DNA from: Octopus sinensis
Taxonomy: Eukaryota
Length of the DNA stretch: 64,000 nucleotides
NCBI RefSeq assembly: GCF_006345805.1
Contig: NC_043000.1
Location: 42,594,001 to 42,658,000 of the forward strand
Direction: 5' to 3'
Position 1 is the first letter of the stretch. The number at the start of each line of letters is the position of its first letter. The position numbers were made by a program, and so were the translations under genes. The notes beneath the pieces are model-generated. The model did no database searches. It had not been told where the DNA came from and saw nothing but the letters and a program-made list of their open reading frames with translations. This document shows, piece by piece, positions 12,500 to 27,371 of this stretch.

Positions 12500-13150
12500 A
12501 ATGTTTCTTCTCTTAATCTCAACATTCCGGTTATCCCTATTTTCATTCCTTTATATTTTGGTAATTTTTCCGTTTTTAAAAGATGCCTTATCGTCAATTT
12601 GAAATAAGAAAGCGATTGAGAAGCATATTGTTCTCGGTGGCATTTATCAACAATATCGTTTCCAGTAGCCTTAATCTGTATGGAATATCATATTCGACAC
12701 AATGCTAGATGTGTTTATCTATTCTGTTCTATGATTGTTTGATAAGTATAACATAATTTCCTGCATAAAAATAACTTCTGTACTCTTATGCCTGATTTTC
12801 TATTCACTTAAACTTATTACTGAGACAGCTAGATTATTGAAATTTATAACTTTATTTCTGATATTTAGCTCTGTCATATGTATTAATCTAAAACGCTTAT
12901 ATAATTTCCTAGAATTTTGTTTTTCGAATATTTGTGTGTATATTAATCAGTTTATCTTATTGATACTTAAATATTTGTTTTGATTGTGTCTGATGTAGCT
13001 CTCTTATCTTATATGATTATTATTGGATCTTACGAGAGGAAAAATATTTTATCCTTTTATAGTTCGGTATCGTGTTATTTCTCTGTTGTAATTGTTTTAT
13101 GAAGAAGCTAGGGTACAGAATTTGTAGGATTATTAGAAGGCCAGAAAACC
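12500..13150 (-). pseudogene. Decayed PLE GIY-YIG/C-terminal region
   Basis: Minus-strand fragments KQNSRKLYKRF, PY...KRYC, NMLLNR resemble the PLE C-terminus (KLHKIFN; PY...KRCxLC; LLNKR). Boundaries approximate. Confidence 0.35.
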
Positions 13151-13968
13151 ATCTTGCGATATTTAGTTTGATCTCTTTATGCCCAGTCCCTAAGAAACTC
13201 CGTGGTCGAGATAGATTTCTATAATCGGGTATTAATATCAAAATTCACCGCCGAGTACTGTAATTGATGTATTCGACTGCACCTCGCACCGTATTTATTT
13301 TCTACTGCTTATATGAGAAATGTTTACCATTGTAATCGTGGTGGGTAACAGAATTAATAGAACAGTGAACAAAATCTGCCCGTCTTCATTTTGAGTTCAA
13401 GTATAGCTTGGTCAAAATTCTCTTTCATCAAACACTTACTAATATAAGTAATTGTTAAACATTGGGATCGACTATATCGAGTACACTATTTCTCAAATCT
13501 GTACCTTTGTGATTTATGACAAGTTATATTCATTTTAAAATATATTATATTAACCTTAACCTTGTCAGATTAAACTCTGAGTAACTTATTCTTAGACTAA
13601 AGAATTTGTTTTGATTTCTCAATGGCTTTTATTTGAGAACAAACTAAATGTATAAAAAGTATTCATCTTCCAGTAAAACATTAATTTATCATTTCTAGTT
13701 CACAAAATATCCGAAAATAGAGCATAATGTTCATATGGATTAAGAGCTATACACGGTGAATTCTCCAGTCAATAAATCACAGACAATGTACAAGCGAAGT
13801 CAGCCGTTGTAAATGTCTATGTACGAATGATGGAATGATTATTAATTGAGAATCTGTGTGAAGGTATGGAAGTGTTGTTATAGAATTGATCTCGCAAATA
13901 CACCGTTCTGAATTCGACCCCACTGCACAGCAAATTGTCGAAGGGAGGCAACTTCAGTAGACAATAAC

Positions 13969-14004
<36 letters not shown>

Positions 14005-14019
14005 ATATATATTATATAT

Positions 14020-14059
<40 letters not shown>

Positions 14060-15242
14060 CTAAGATAGAAAGAGAAAGAAAGAGAGATAGAGAAAGAAAG
14101 AAAGAAAGAAAGAAGAAAGAAAGAAAGAAAGAAGAAAGAAAGAAAGAAGAAAGAAAGAAAGATTGATATAGTTTAAATGCATGACATGCAACGATTTAAT
14201 AAAAAAAATTCTGTATGTTCAATTATACTCCAAAATGATGGTCCTAAAAAGCTTAATTTGAGCTACATACATTTCGTTCTACGGCTTAGTCATTGGTTGT
14301 AATATCCGGAAAGAACACATACGGATTGCGTGAAGCCAAAAAATGAATTTATACCAATTTTCATGTCTTTACTATAAGTTTCTCCAGAATAGTAAATGTT
14401 CCTGCATCACGTATGTAAAAGATCATTTGCATGGGTATGCGGGTGTATGCGAATCTATGTTTGTGTGTATGTGTGTATGTGAGTAATGTAAATGTCTATG
14501 TGTATTCTATTCACATATAAATATACGTCTATTTAACTATTCAAGAATATCAACATATATTCAATTCTGCTGTTGGTAATTCATGAATGCGAGCACGGTG
14601 GATGATGTAGACTTTGACTTTTCTTTTCTAATGATGCTTTGCTTTTTATTGTTGAATATTTTCTTCTTGGTTACTCGTATTTTAGAAATATTCATCGACA
14701 ACTTTTTTGCTAGGCATTTATGTGTATGTATGTATGTATGTATGTATGTATGTATGTATGTATGTATGTATGTATGTATGTATGTATGTATGTATGTATG
14801 TATGTATGTATGTATGTATGTATGTATGTATTGTGTATGTGAAAATTATGCATATAGACAGGTAAGCAGTTAAGCCAGTCAGCAGAGCAATTAGGTATAT
14901 CTTGTCATCAGAAATGCATTTTAACAGTGATTTGCCCGTTGAAAATCTAAAATCAACGTCTCTTGTATTCATACAAAATAACTATTAAAAGCATAAAATA
15001 AACTAACTATAAAATATAATCAAACTTTATAAAATATCCATAAAAGTCGTTCATGTAAAAGGCATCATATAAAATAACTAAAATATAAACACGTGCTGAT
15101 CATAATATTATCGGTTCAATTTATAGACAGTGACTTTGAGCACAGTGATTTGTGCATTCATAGCTTCATTCTCCTAAAGTGTAATGAGTGTCAGCAGCAA
15201 TTGTTGCTGTCGTCTCTCCCTCCAGCTGTGATATTTTAAATA

Positions 15243-16358
15243 TTAAGGTGTTTCACACGAAATGTCGCATTTTAAATTACTTGTTATTCCAGTCATTAAA
15301 AACTCAATTACGTATACCTTGCATTTAATCTTGACTCGACTCTTTTTCTTTCCCAACGATGTTGCTATACAAAATTCGTACCCACAGACCTTATGAAAAT
15401 GATAACAACGAAACTATGTTGAGTATTTTCTCGTATGAGTGCAAACTGAGTCGCCTTGTCACAGAAGGAATATCAAGTGGTTTTGTTCAACCGGAAGTGT
15501 TCGGAGATGGTTCCTAAGCTCTTGTTCAGGAGATGATAGCCTTGAAAATAAACCAAGGGGTAGTCCAAAATCAGTTGTTCGGCATGATGGATTAAATGCT
15601 TAACAGATAGGTTTGTTCTACATAAGCTGAACGAGATGAAAAAAAAAAAGCCAGAAAAAAATAGACGCCCCGAAGTGTGCTTCTTATTGCTTTCTCGACT
15701 GGAAAAAGACCCCTTTTGCATCAAATCATTACTTGTGATGAGAAATGGATACTCTTTGACAACAGCAAGAGAACAGGACAGTGATTAGATGCAGGAGAGT
15801 CACCTAAACACTACCCTAACCCACCATTGCACCCTAAAACGTTAGTGATCACTGAATGGTGGTCTGCAAAGGGAGTTACTCATTATTCATTTTTGCAACA
15901 AGGAAATACGGTAACAGAAACATCGAATTGCCAGGAAATTGATTTTATACATGAGAATTTGAAAAAGAAGCAACCCAGACTAATGAATAGAGATGGCTCA
16001 TATTTACTCTACGACAATGAACGTCCTCACACTCCTCAAGCTACTGTCCAAAAGTTGCAAAGCCTAAATTATGAGATTTTGCAATATCCTCCCTATTCCC
16101 TTGATATCTCTGCTATTGATCATCACTTATCTAAGCATTTCGGGTTTTTCATAAGCAATAAAACATTCTTAAATAATAGAAGCTTTTTAGAAGCTAAAGA
16201 TGATCTTTTTTTTTAAAGATGGAATATATGACATAGAGAAACGTTGGCTAAACGTCATAAATGAACATGGATCATAATTTGATTAAATAAATCAGTTCTC
16301 TAACAACTCCGAAACATTTTAATGTTACCTTTTAAATATTTAATGTGAAACAGCCTAA
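15243..16358 (+). mobile_element. Defective mariner (D,D34D) transposon
   Basis: TIRs TA|TTAAGGTGTTTCAC and GTGAAACAGCCTAA|TA; ITCDEKWILFDN at ~15728; ORF 15827-16216 has YDNERPH and YPPYSLDISAIDHHL; internal deletion and stops. Confidence 0.9.
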
Positions 16359-16564
16359 TATTTCGCTGGGTCAAGTTTAAGTGGGTTGATATGAGGAAAA
16401 TGCATACTCGCCACAAAATATGCACGTAAGACAATTTCTGAAAGCATGTTAGATGTTACGAAGACATCGTTTGCCCCCAAATAACAATTGTTGTACTGTA
16501 CTTACTTCATAATAAAACTTCGATGTATTGAATCTCGTTACGTAAGTGTGGGGCATCAGAAGTC

Positions 16565-16815
16565 TTATAGTAAAAGTAAAGTTCCTTCCCGAGTCATACA
16601 GACTCATAAGGCCGGTTTCCAGATTCCCATGGCATATAAATTCTCTACTTGGAAGGGAACGCTGCTCTGTTGCAGGTTATTCATTTTTGCGAGCTGAGTG
16701 GACTGGAGCAACATGAAATGAAGTGCTTTGCTCAAGAACACAACACGTTTTCGGTCCAGTAATCGAAACCACAATCTTACCAACATGAGTCCAACACGCA
16801 AACCACTAAGTCACT
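16565..16815 (-). mobile_element. tRNA-derived CORE-like SINE
   Basis: Reverse complement of the 31835 family (TGTGTTCTTGAGCAAAGCACTTCATTTCATGTTGCTCCAGTCC), with B box GTTTCGATT. Confidence 0.7.
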
Positions 16816-18559
16816 TCGGAAGTCTTATACGGTCTGGTAAGTTCTCAAGTGTATATATGACGCCTTCATACCTCATTAGTCGAGCACGAAAGTCAGCTAA
16901 CACTTAATTCTTCTGAAAGATTAGAAGAATATTCCTATACATTCATATGTAATTAATACAGAATTAGATCCCGGATTCAATGGCAAGTGTAGAAGTGTTG
17001 TTTAGGGAGGAACATCTAGACTACTTGTGATTTTCTCGGTTACCATCTGTAGTTCTTTTAGTCCTCTTGAAGGATTCGAACTCGGTAATGTAAGCTTACA
17101 AGTTACGAGCATCTTGTGAACGTTACAATGCTTTAGGTGTTTTTAACGATGAGCTTCCCCAGACAATATGGTACATATTTAGAAATATATATGCCAACTG
17201 TTACATATTCTTCAAACGTTTACGGTCTAGTATTGCATACTAACAAAGCATTATTCTTTACTTGCAATGACGTCAGAATAGTTATATCTATTTACAGTAG
17301 CTGTGTCCATTATTTTTGCCTTTTCATTATTTGATATAATGCTATTTACATGTGGCAGCTACTTCAGACATCATTTATTGCTATAGAAATATGTGTTGTT
17401 TAATGTTTGGTTGTATTTTATTATTAATATCAAAATTGCATTCACATCAATATACTTTGCTCTCGTGTAATATTATACAGCATGTTTTATGTTTAGTTAC
17501 TCTTTAGTTACCTAATTCTTATTTAAGTTACTGTACATATTACAAAGTTGAACTGTTTAATACAAATGGCAAAACAGAAATAGTTTGCATACGGAGGCAA
17601 CATAAACGAATATCTAATAAAAATACTGTTAGTGTGAAGTTGAAAAAAGAAAACAAAAGCTACAACAAAATCTTCTGCGAGCTCATATGAAAACAGCCTA
17701 ATAAAATTGTATAGCGATGTGAATTAATGTCTAACGTAATTGTTGTTGCCATCAAACTGGAAAACTTACACGGGCAGACATGAAAATGTCTTAATGCAAT
17801 TCTTTATCTGCAATATCCTTCTATCAGAGGAACTTCTCTAAGCAAGATTGCAAAGATATTTATTTATTCCTATTTTGAAACTAAGTTAAACTGTATAACA
17901 GAGAAATATTTTGGCATATACAGAAACAAAATTTCTGTGCAAAACAGAGTTCATTCAATTAAATTAACCGTAGTATTTTACTGGTATTTGTGATATAAAT
18001 CTCTGATCTATGAAATCTAAGGTAGAAACTGTGTACATTGAGAAGAAAATATTATTATTAAAGGTTTAAATACCATAATACTTTTTGTTTTGTTGTCGAG
18101 AACATATTTGAAAATACAACACTTCCATAAATATAGGGTCTTTAATGTTTTGAGCAGACACTGTTCCGCACATACATAAAGACACACTCGTGCGCTTATT
18201 TACGCACACGCGCACACTCATACACCCAATCACACAAACACACCACACGTACACTCATACATATTAATGTATAAACATAGCTTGACTTGAAAAAAACCAA
18301 GAATAATGAAATGTGCTGGCTACATTTTATGAATTTCTGTCACTTGCAAACTCACTGGGTTTACGAAGCCAATGTAGACACTATCGGAGCGATTGCATTG
18401 GAAATTCTGCTCTGGGTTTAGTTCTGAAGTTTTAAGGCTCTCACTTTTTTCTTTTTTTGTAAGCTATAATAACTGTAAGCTATCGTAAATTCCTGACAAT
18501 GAGCAAAGTAATTTCCTCTGAATACCCTTGTACATATTCTTTGATGACTGTAATCTCAC

Positions 18560-20330
18560 AGTGATCAGTGGAGGCTTTGCTATATAACAAAATTCTGCAC
18601 TGATAATGACCCTACATAGTGAACGCATTCAACATAAACAAAAACAAACAAACAATCATAGCAAAACATAATACTGAATGGTTCCGAGAAATGATCATTC
18701 CCGGTTGTCATCGAGGAGATGTCACTGAATAATGCGGCGATTCATCCCATAAGGATGTACCCGAAACAGTTGTGAAGAGAATCAAATTCTGGCGGTCAAT
18801 CTTATCAAAGCATTTGACCGATATAAGTTGATGAGGACCCAAACCGTAGATCCATCTGGGATGTCGTATGATTACACATCAGACTACCGACGAAGGTGCC
18901 AACCTATCTACTAACACCTTGACCAAAAGTTTGAAGAGTTATGGTCTGTAAATTATTAACATGGTCTCCTTTCATAGTAGTGCTACTGGTCCTCGGCTAA
19001 AAGTACTGGAGGTTTTCCCTTCTGCTGCTAGTTGCCAAAGATATCTGTCAAAGGGTGTAGATAAAATCTGGTGTAAAAATAGACCAAGCCCATAGAGTAG
19101 GCCTACTTACTCAAGCGATGTGCATGTAGCAGTCAGTTACCGTAACTCAGTGATTGTTATCACCATTTCGCAACACTTCAATTGTCGAGAGTCATAGTAA
19201 CCGATCGAGGCAGTCATTGAAGTTCATCTTCGGCTTCAACTCACAACTCGTTCGGAATATTCAAGAAACGTACTGCTGAAAGGTCGTACATATATATTTG
19301 GGCACGAGTAGCATACAATTATCATAATCTGTCAAAGACTAATTTGTAGCATGGAAACGACATCGCGGCTTCTGTGCCTCGCGCAACCATCAAATGTCAT
19401 TAGTTGGTTCGTATCTTAGCGTACACACCTTAATTCCGAGAATACACTAGTAATCTCTTGAGGATGAGCCATTTGTTGTTGATACCCTTCTCTGTGCTTG
19501 CTTAAAAAATTTTCAGATACGATTTCAGTAGTATTTGCGTGTTACGAAGAATGCTTTCATTTTCCAGTATTCGGTTTCTTGCATTAATGACTGTGTTGAT
19601 CAACGTCTTAGTTCACAAATTTGTGGTATATATAGCCTCCGACTTTAAATCATGGACAACCTACACTATTTCTATCTACTGACCGACAGAAAACTTTGCT
19701 TAGATACAATTTAGAAGACCCAATACGGTTCCTCCGCGTTCACATTTGCACATTTAGGAAGTACCATCGGTACCTGTCAGGCAATTTAAAATGTCTGAGG
19801 AGGTTTGCAAAGCTAGCGAATCCTCCTCGCATATCAGTTAGCCCTATACAGTCCAAGCTGCATACATGACATTTTTGCAATCATCCACTGAAACAAAATC
19901 CAAGGCATTTTTGACAAAGATTACAGTCATCTAAAACAAATCTTGCCGCCTCACTCACATTGTGGGATAAACGGTTATCAGTCTGAGAGTATGACCTGGT
20001 TTCCGTTGCTGGTCACCTCCATTACCACTAACTTACCTGGTGGATCAAGAAAGACAGCTTTTATTGTGAGTTCCAGAGAATTCAGAAACGACTCAGTTAC
20101 CCTGCCTCCCAATCTTGATCGACTTAGTGATAGGTGCTCGTAGCCGAGTACGATAAGAGTGAACTCTAGCAAATATTCCAGTCTGTCTGTTGACCTCTAC
20201 ATTTATGCCCATTGGTCTGTGACCGTTGTGCTGATGGCACTGCTGGAACGAATTTTCGTATCTCTCTGATATTTGTTGTGTTTTTAACACAACATGTCCA
20301 TAACAGATGCCATCACAGGATAAATTCCAC
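18560..20330 (-). pseudogene. Tx1/L1-like LINE ORF2 remnant (APE endonuclease plus N-terminal RT)
   Basis: Minus strand: AVFLDPPGKLVVMEV (ORF 19978-20172), YWKM (~19560), YRPITL...KLLVKVL (~18930), AFDKIDR-like motif (~18800; cf. KAFDRVDH). Frameshifted. Confidence 0.7.
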
Positions 20331-22795
20331 AATAATTGTTCTATTAAAGCTTTGTTTATGTTAAGTATGATACACAGATGTCTACTTTAGTATTATTGCT
20401 TGTAATTCTGTTACAACGCCAGCAATTTTGAAGGGAAGGTGTTAGTCGATACCTTGTACGTTATTTTATCGACGCTGGAGGGATGAAAAGCCAAAGTTGA
20501 CTTCGGAGACATTGAACGAGGACGTAAATAATCAGATCAAATACCACAAAGCAATTTATTTGGCGCTCTAGCGATTCTGGCAGTCAAATAGCATTTAATA
20601 GAAACGTAATTCGAGTACAGGAGAAAGGACAAGGGTTAAAGAAGGTAAAACTAAATTGAACAGTGTAGCTGATAAGATTATCAGTAAAATAGTTGAAACA
20701 TCAACACATAACTCAGTGGCTCGTATCACCTTTTCTCAACACTCCTTTGTCTAGTGTCACAGCAGTCAATCGAGGCAGCGATTGAAGCTCATCTGCTCTG
20801 GTCCACCACTCGTTGTATCTACCGTCCCTTACCGTAACTCAGTGATTGTTATCACCTTTTCTCAACACTTCCGTTGCCAGTATTTGACATATCAACATAT
20901 TGATATTAGCAGGTGTGAACGAAGTTGCGGAAACGAACGGTCAAATACAGGTCAGCCGGTACCTCATAGGGAGCCTCAGATGATGAAGTGTAAAGGGCCT
21001 TGAGGAAATTCTTATGATACTGGATCGGTGAGAGTCGAGTAAATTACAGGAAAATGAAGAGAATTGTAGATCAAAGCAAACGTATCATATAAGGATAAAA
21101 GAAATCAGGAAAACGATAGAAAAAAATAAAGTGTGTCCCACTCCATTTTCATTTATTGTATTTGGCATTACTGTGAAATCTATTAAATCTTAAATTGACT
21201 ACTGTGACACAGCTACTGTGTCTTCAACTTCGTTTGTTCATAGAATATCCTGAAGTCAGGTATATTTCACTCCTCCCTACTAGCATGTAGAAAGTACGAA
21301 CTTTTACCATGAGTATAAACAAAAGTAATGTTATACGGGATAGAAGAATATCGAGATTTGAACCTTACATTGAATATAGTATGCAGTCGCGCACGTCATC
21401 ATTTTTTTTATTGTCACTTCCGTATGTACATATATTGAATTGTTCATGATATGAGTAGAGAACGGCAATTAATTTACGCAAATCTATGCCTTCACTGGGG
21501 TATAATTCTGGTCGAATAATGATCACAAATCAGCTCTTTAACCCTGGTTATTCTTATATTACTGATATATGGATCGGACATTTTAAAAGCAAATTCTATT
21601 ATATATTTACCGTTATATTTTACCGAACAACTAGACATATAGGCTATTGTTTGTAATTCATGGACACTGACAATTCGAGTGTTCCAGCAATTGTTACGAA
21701 TACTCAAGTTCATATATGTGTAAGTATATCTAGACTCCATAAATGAGCAAATATTCATCCCTGATCTCATTATAGTTGGTAGAAACAACAATTGTTTTAT
21801 CGGTTGGCTGATATGAGCACCGATCAACAAACAATTCAGTTCCCTGATATCCAGCGGCTTTGCCTAGTCTCAAAGTTTCCGCTACATCAGGCTGGTGAGA
21901 CACAACATATCGAAACACGGCTGGTCCCAGTATGCTGCTCATCAATGCGACAAGTGTGTTGAGCTAACGTTTGACTGCAGCAGAGAAGTTATTCTCCTAA
22001 GACATACACTACAGCGCCTAGCATATTTTAAGTTTGAAGCCGCCCAGGCATATTAAGACTAAGCATACTAATATTCATTCATAATTTACTTTTTGAGCAG
22101 TAATGTATATGCAAAACACTTTACTTTGATTCTGATGAAAGCAAGTAATTCGTTGACGGTGATTTGGCTGCTACAGTAGACATTTCATGTGATCTCTTGG
22201 AAAAGTCTTCTTTGCATTTTACACACACGTATTTCTTACATTTCTTTTGTTAATTTATCAAAAGAGACTATTACTAACTCTATTCAAATCATTTTAAGTA
22301 TCTTACCATAATATACATATACAAAGTTATATCAAAATGTTATCGTTCTCTGTCTCTCTCGTTTTAATAATAATTTTCTTTAGTGTTAACATGCAAGAGA
22401 ATAAAGCATCAGATTTTGACAGAGATAGATAGCGCAGGCAACATATAAATATGAAAACATAGCTGAAGATTTCGCTGAAGCAGTCAAGATGTCGCTATAT
22501 AGGCAGCGGTGGGTTTGAAATCTAGTAATGCTTGAAAGGTTTGGAACAATTCTGCTTTTACTATCCTAACAACAACTAAGATAAAATGGTTGCAGATAGG
22601 AATATTATTCAAGATTTGCATTTGCCAACAAATATATCATTAGCCATATTTTATTTGTCAGAAACAATCACGCGATACCGTTCTTTAAATTATCTGTATA
22701 GAATACGCGATCAAGACGTGGAGGAGAGGTATGTCTTAACTTCAGACAGTATATAGATAAAACGAAATGGGTGCGTGCATATATATATAAGTATG

Positions 22796-22883
<88 letters not shown>

Positions 22884-22887
22884 TATG

Positions 22888-22929
<42 letters not shown>

Positions 22930-22938
22930 ATAAGTATG

Positions 22939-22988
<50 letters not shown>

Positions 22989-22992
22989 CATA

Positions 22993-23039
<47 letters not shown>

Positions 23040-23254
23040 AAGTGAAAGTGTGCGCAAGTGTACATGCATACGTGACAGAGGTAGATAGAGGGACAGAGAA
23101 AATCCTGAAGCAATTGATAGGGACAGTAGACCAGAGAAGGAAGAACGATAAGAATAAATGGAAGTTAAGACTGTCTCATAAACGGAAGATTAGAAACTAT
23201 GTGAATTAGAGAGGTGCACTCTGTGCTTGAATAACAACAACAATAATAATAATC

Positions 23255-23817
23255 CTTGCTATTATAGGCACAAGGCCTAAAATTTGGGGGGAGCAAGTAA
23301 TGTTATCGACCCCCAATACTGAACCCGTATTTATTCCACCGACCACGAAAAGATGAAAGGGAAAGCCAACGTCGCCGAAATTAGAACTCAGGGCGTAAAT
23401 ACAGACAAGATGCTACTAAGTATTTGTCTGCAATTTCGAGACATGCGGAAGTCGATTACATCAATAGATATTTATTTTATCGACCCCTAAAGGATGAAAG
23501 GCAAAGTCAATCTCGGTGGAATTAGAACTCAGAACATGAAGATAGACGAAATGCCGCTAAGTATTTTGCCCGGCGCGGTAAACATTCTGCCATATCACGA
23601 CCTTAATAATAATAATTATCTTTTCTTAGGGGAGGGGACTAGTCGATTACATCGACCCCAGTGTTTTTTTTTTGGTACTTATTTATCGACCGCGGAAGGA
23701 TGAAATGTAAAGTCGATCTCGATGAAATTTGAACACAGGACGTGAAGACGGGCGAAATGCCGCTAAGCATTTTACCCGGCGCGGTAACGATTCTGCTATC
23801 TCGCCGCCTTAATAATG

Positions 23818-23860
<43 letters not shown>

Positions 23861-23868
23861 CAATAATA

Positions 23869-23900
<32 letters not shown>

Positions 23901-24270
23901 TAATAATAATAATAATATAATAATAATAATAATAGTAATAACAATAATAATAATAATAATAATAATAGTGGTTTCCAATTTTGCCACAAGCGCATCGACC
24001 CAGTGTTTAACTGGTACTTTATTTATCGGACCTGGAAGGATGACGGCAAAGTCGATCTCAGCAGAATTTGAACTCAAAACGTTTAAGATGGACGAAATGG
24101 TTAGCTGTATTTTGGCTGTCTAACCAGCAATTTTGAGTGGAGGGAAATTGTTTTTATCGCTCCTAACTTATGTTTTTGACCCATAGGATAAATGACAAAG
24201 TTCACTTCGGCGGTATTTGAACTCAGATTCATTAACCCTAAAGACATGCCACCAAGAATTTTTCCGACGT
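23255..24270 (-). mobile_element. Head-to-tail array of about five copies of one SINE-like family, partly separated by (TAA)n
   Basis: Recurrent TTTATCGACCCC..AAGGATGAAAGGCAAAGTC..CTCGG.GGAATT.GAACTCAGAAC.TGAAGAC.GACGAAATGCC at ~23330, 23480, 23685, 24020 and 24180. Confidence 0.8.
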
Positions 24271-24472
24271 TGCTCCTGATCATGTTCATGAGTGGTGACA
24301 GTGGCGGTCCTGGTGAGGAGAAGAGGAAGGAGAAACAGAATGATTCACTAAAATCCATCAAATCCACATTATCGATATTACAAAAAAGTTACAGATCAAC
24401 AAAAGGAAGACGTAAAAACGAACACTCATTCCAAAGATCCGATCTTCGAAGGCAGATCAAATGCGAATAATA

Positions 24473-25520
24473 CGAGGGAGAGTCAAAATTTATTTGCGCT
24501 CTTGTTTTTTCACTGTATTTACATAAAAGTAGGGGATAAACAAGTACGTCATTTTTCTGTATAGTCTCCTTTCTTTCCGTTGCACTAGGTCAAGCGGTCT
24601 ACAAGCTTGCGTATTCCTCCAAGAAGGTTTTCGGTCGGTCGTGCAACCATTTATACACCGTTTCCTTCACATCTTCATCCGTAGGAAATCGATGGTCACG
24701 TAAACCATCTTTGAGCGGTCCAAAGATATGATAGTCGGAAGGGGCGAGATCTGGGCTGTAGGCAGGGTGTACCAGCACCACAAAACCGAATTGGTTTGTG
24801 GTTCCAACAGTCTCGACGGCCAGGTGTAGGCGTGCATTGTCATGCAACAACAAAATTTCTTCTACACTAGGCTTCGGCGTTTGATGCAAATTGCTAGCGT
24901 CAGTTTGCTGGCCAGCAAAGCACTGTATCTTGCACTGTTAATGGTTCACCCCTTTTCCAGGTAGACTTCCAGGCCCTTTTGAGTAACAAAAACATCACCT
25001 TTCCCGCAGAAAACTGAATCTCGAATTTCTTCGTCGCTGGTGAGCCAGGATGTTTCCACTCCATACTCTGTCTCTTGGATTCTGTCTCATAATGATGGAC
25101 CCACATTTCACCTCCTATGACTATTCTGCTAAAACATTCTTCGCTCTCGTTTTTGTAGCGATCGAGTAAGCATTGACAGACTGCAAGACGTTTTGCAGTA
25201 AGCTCTCATGCCTTCTATCTTGCACAGACTTTGTGGAAGTCGAATTCATCGTGGGTGATTTGATAGGCAGAACCATGACTGATCTGCAGCGAACGAGCTA
25301 GAAGTCGGATCACTGATCTCTGTACATCTTAGGTTCACATTGCTAGTAGAGCGCCCATACTTACACTGTAAAGCCAGAAGGAAAGATGGCGCAATCAGAC
25401 TCAAACGTAGATCACGTGACCACAATAGTACTGACTATAAGCACGTATGCGCAGAAGGCAGTGTGACAATAATAATTATACGCTATGGCGAAAGTGCCGA
25501 TTACTTTTGATGGTGGCCCT
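24473..25520 (-). mobile_element. Defective mariner transposon (irritans-like TIR)
   Basis: TA|CGAGGGAGAGTCAAAA left end, ATTACTTTTGA right end; WVHHYETESKRQSMEWKHPGSP, SAGKVM, LLLHDNARLH, HPAYSPDLAPSDYHIFGPLKD. Confidence 0.9.
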
Positions 25521-25679
25521 GCCACTCCATCACGAGTTCAATGTAAACCTCATGGTAGACTGGTTTTAAGGAAATGGACTGTCACGTCTAGCAGTTCAAA
25601 CGATCATATTGAGTCTCCTTCTGTTCACAGCAGCTGCTACAGTGGTAGTAGTAGTAGCAGAAGTAGTAATAGTAGTAGC

Positions 25680-25747
<68 letters not shown>

Positions 25748-26485
25748 TAGAAGTAGTAGTGGTGGTAGTAGTGGTGGTGGTGGGTTAATGTTATTTGCCA
25801 TTCTTTTCACAACGCGGTACGTTTCTATAACTGTAACTATGTTGTTATCGCGGCGTGATAAGGAAAATTCTCCCCAGATAAAGTAGAATATTATTTGCTG
25901 CTAAGCGCCAGTAGGATAAGCGCAATCCTCTTGTTTTTATTAATTCACATTTAAGAAACGTAATCATTACTATACAGCATTTTTCAAAATAAAATTCAGT
26001 TACCTGAGCCTATTGGAGTTATCACCCTTTTTCTTTCATGCATCCAGTAGCAGCCCTTGCTATGATAAGCCATTTTTAGCTCTTAACGTGATGACTTATG
26101 AACAAGGGGATTCCATCTCTAACTATCACGACTTTTTTTAGGTCATAGAACATATATGAAAATTATAAATTGAAATCTGTGACTTCAAGGGAAAGAGATT
26201 TCACTGTTATTTCAGATAGCTTGGACGACTGCAAGAAGCTTCCTCACTGACTCCTCGGTAGCCATATTAATTTTGATGGTAACATCTTAGTTGTGAATGA
26301 CATTTTCTTGTCTTTCTTTTTTAATTTTATATTTCATATTTACGAAACTATTAGATGTGATAATAATTCGATTATTTCTATAGTACTTATTTATTTATTT
26401 ATTAATTAATTTATTGTTATAACTATTCCATTGTTTCGCATTTTATTGAATAACTCAAATTTCTTATCAATTTTCTTTCACACAG

Positions 26486-26517
26486 CTTCATCAAACAGCT
26501 ATTGCAAGTCTTATCAG
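26486..26517 (+). CDS. Candidate 32-nt internal exon of an unidentified gene
   Basis: Polypyrimidine acceptor TTTTCTTTCACACAG, donor CAG|GTATTA; open in all three frames; no recognised homology. Confidence 0.2.
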
Positions 26518-27340
26518 GTATTAAATTCTTGAAAATGTTTATTTTCAGAGCAGACGTGGAAAATGCGGGGAGAAACTAATATAATGAAATTTTGAACGTT
26601 TTCTCTTTCACAGTTTTCAAAGATATACTTATCACACTTCTGTTCTTTTTTTCCCTACTTTTCTTTATTCTTTCTTTTTATCTATCTACTTTCCTTTCTT
26701 TCTGCCTCTATTCATCTGTATTCACTCGAAGTAGAGAGAAGAATTGATTTTTATGCTGGGATATAAGTTAGTGGAATATTCAGAGAGGACTTATTAATAA
26801 CTAGTGTAATCTACTGCGATTAAATGGAAAGCTTATTATAGGGAAAGTGTGATAGTTATCACCGGAACAACAGCGGAGCACAATTAATATTGAAGACGAA
26901 AACCATCAGCTTTTTCTGAAGTCTACTACGATCAAAAGGTATTTTTGTTTTGTATTCCTTCATTTAAAAAAAAAAACTTCAATGGCCGTATGCATACATA
27001 CGTACGTACATCCATTCGTTCATTCTTTCATTCATTCATTCCTTCATTCATTCGTCCGTTCATACATACATATATACATACATACATACATATATACATA
27101 TATACATACATTAATTACTACTTACATACGGCGAGAATTCATTCATGCATATATATGTGTGTATGCATATGCATGTGCGTGCGTGTATGTGTGTGTTTGT
27201 GTTTGTGTGTGTATGTGTGTATATTTGTGTGGTGTGTGTGCGTGTGTGGATACTTATGTGCTTATATTGTATACACATTAAATTTAATTAATAAAAAAAC
27301 ACTGCCTGCTCATATCTATCTATCTATCAATCTATCTATC

Positions 27341-27371
<31 letters not shown>

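Noticed and set aside
19139-20870. Repeated TAACTCAGTGATTGTTATCACC...CAACACT (19139, 20709, 20829) as a CRISPR-like array
   Set aside because: Irregular spacing, diverged copies and eukaryotic context; a small dispersed or tandem repeat.
24192-24470. 92-aa ORF
   Set aside because: The 5' part is an antisense SINE copy and there is no recognisable domain.
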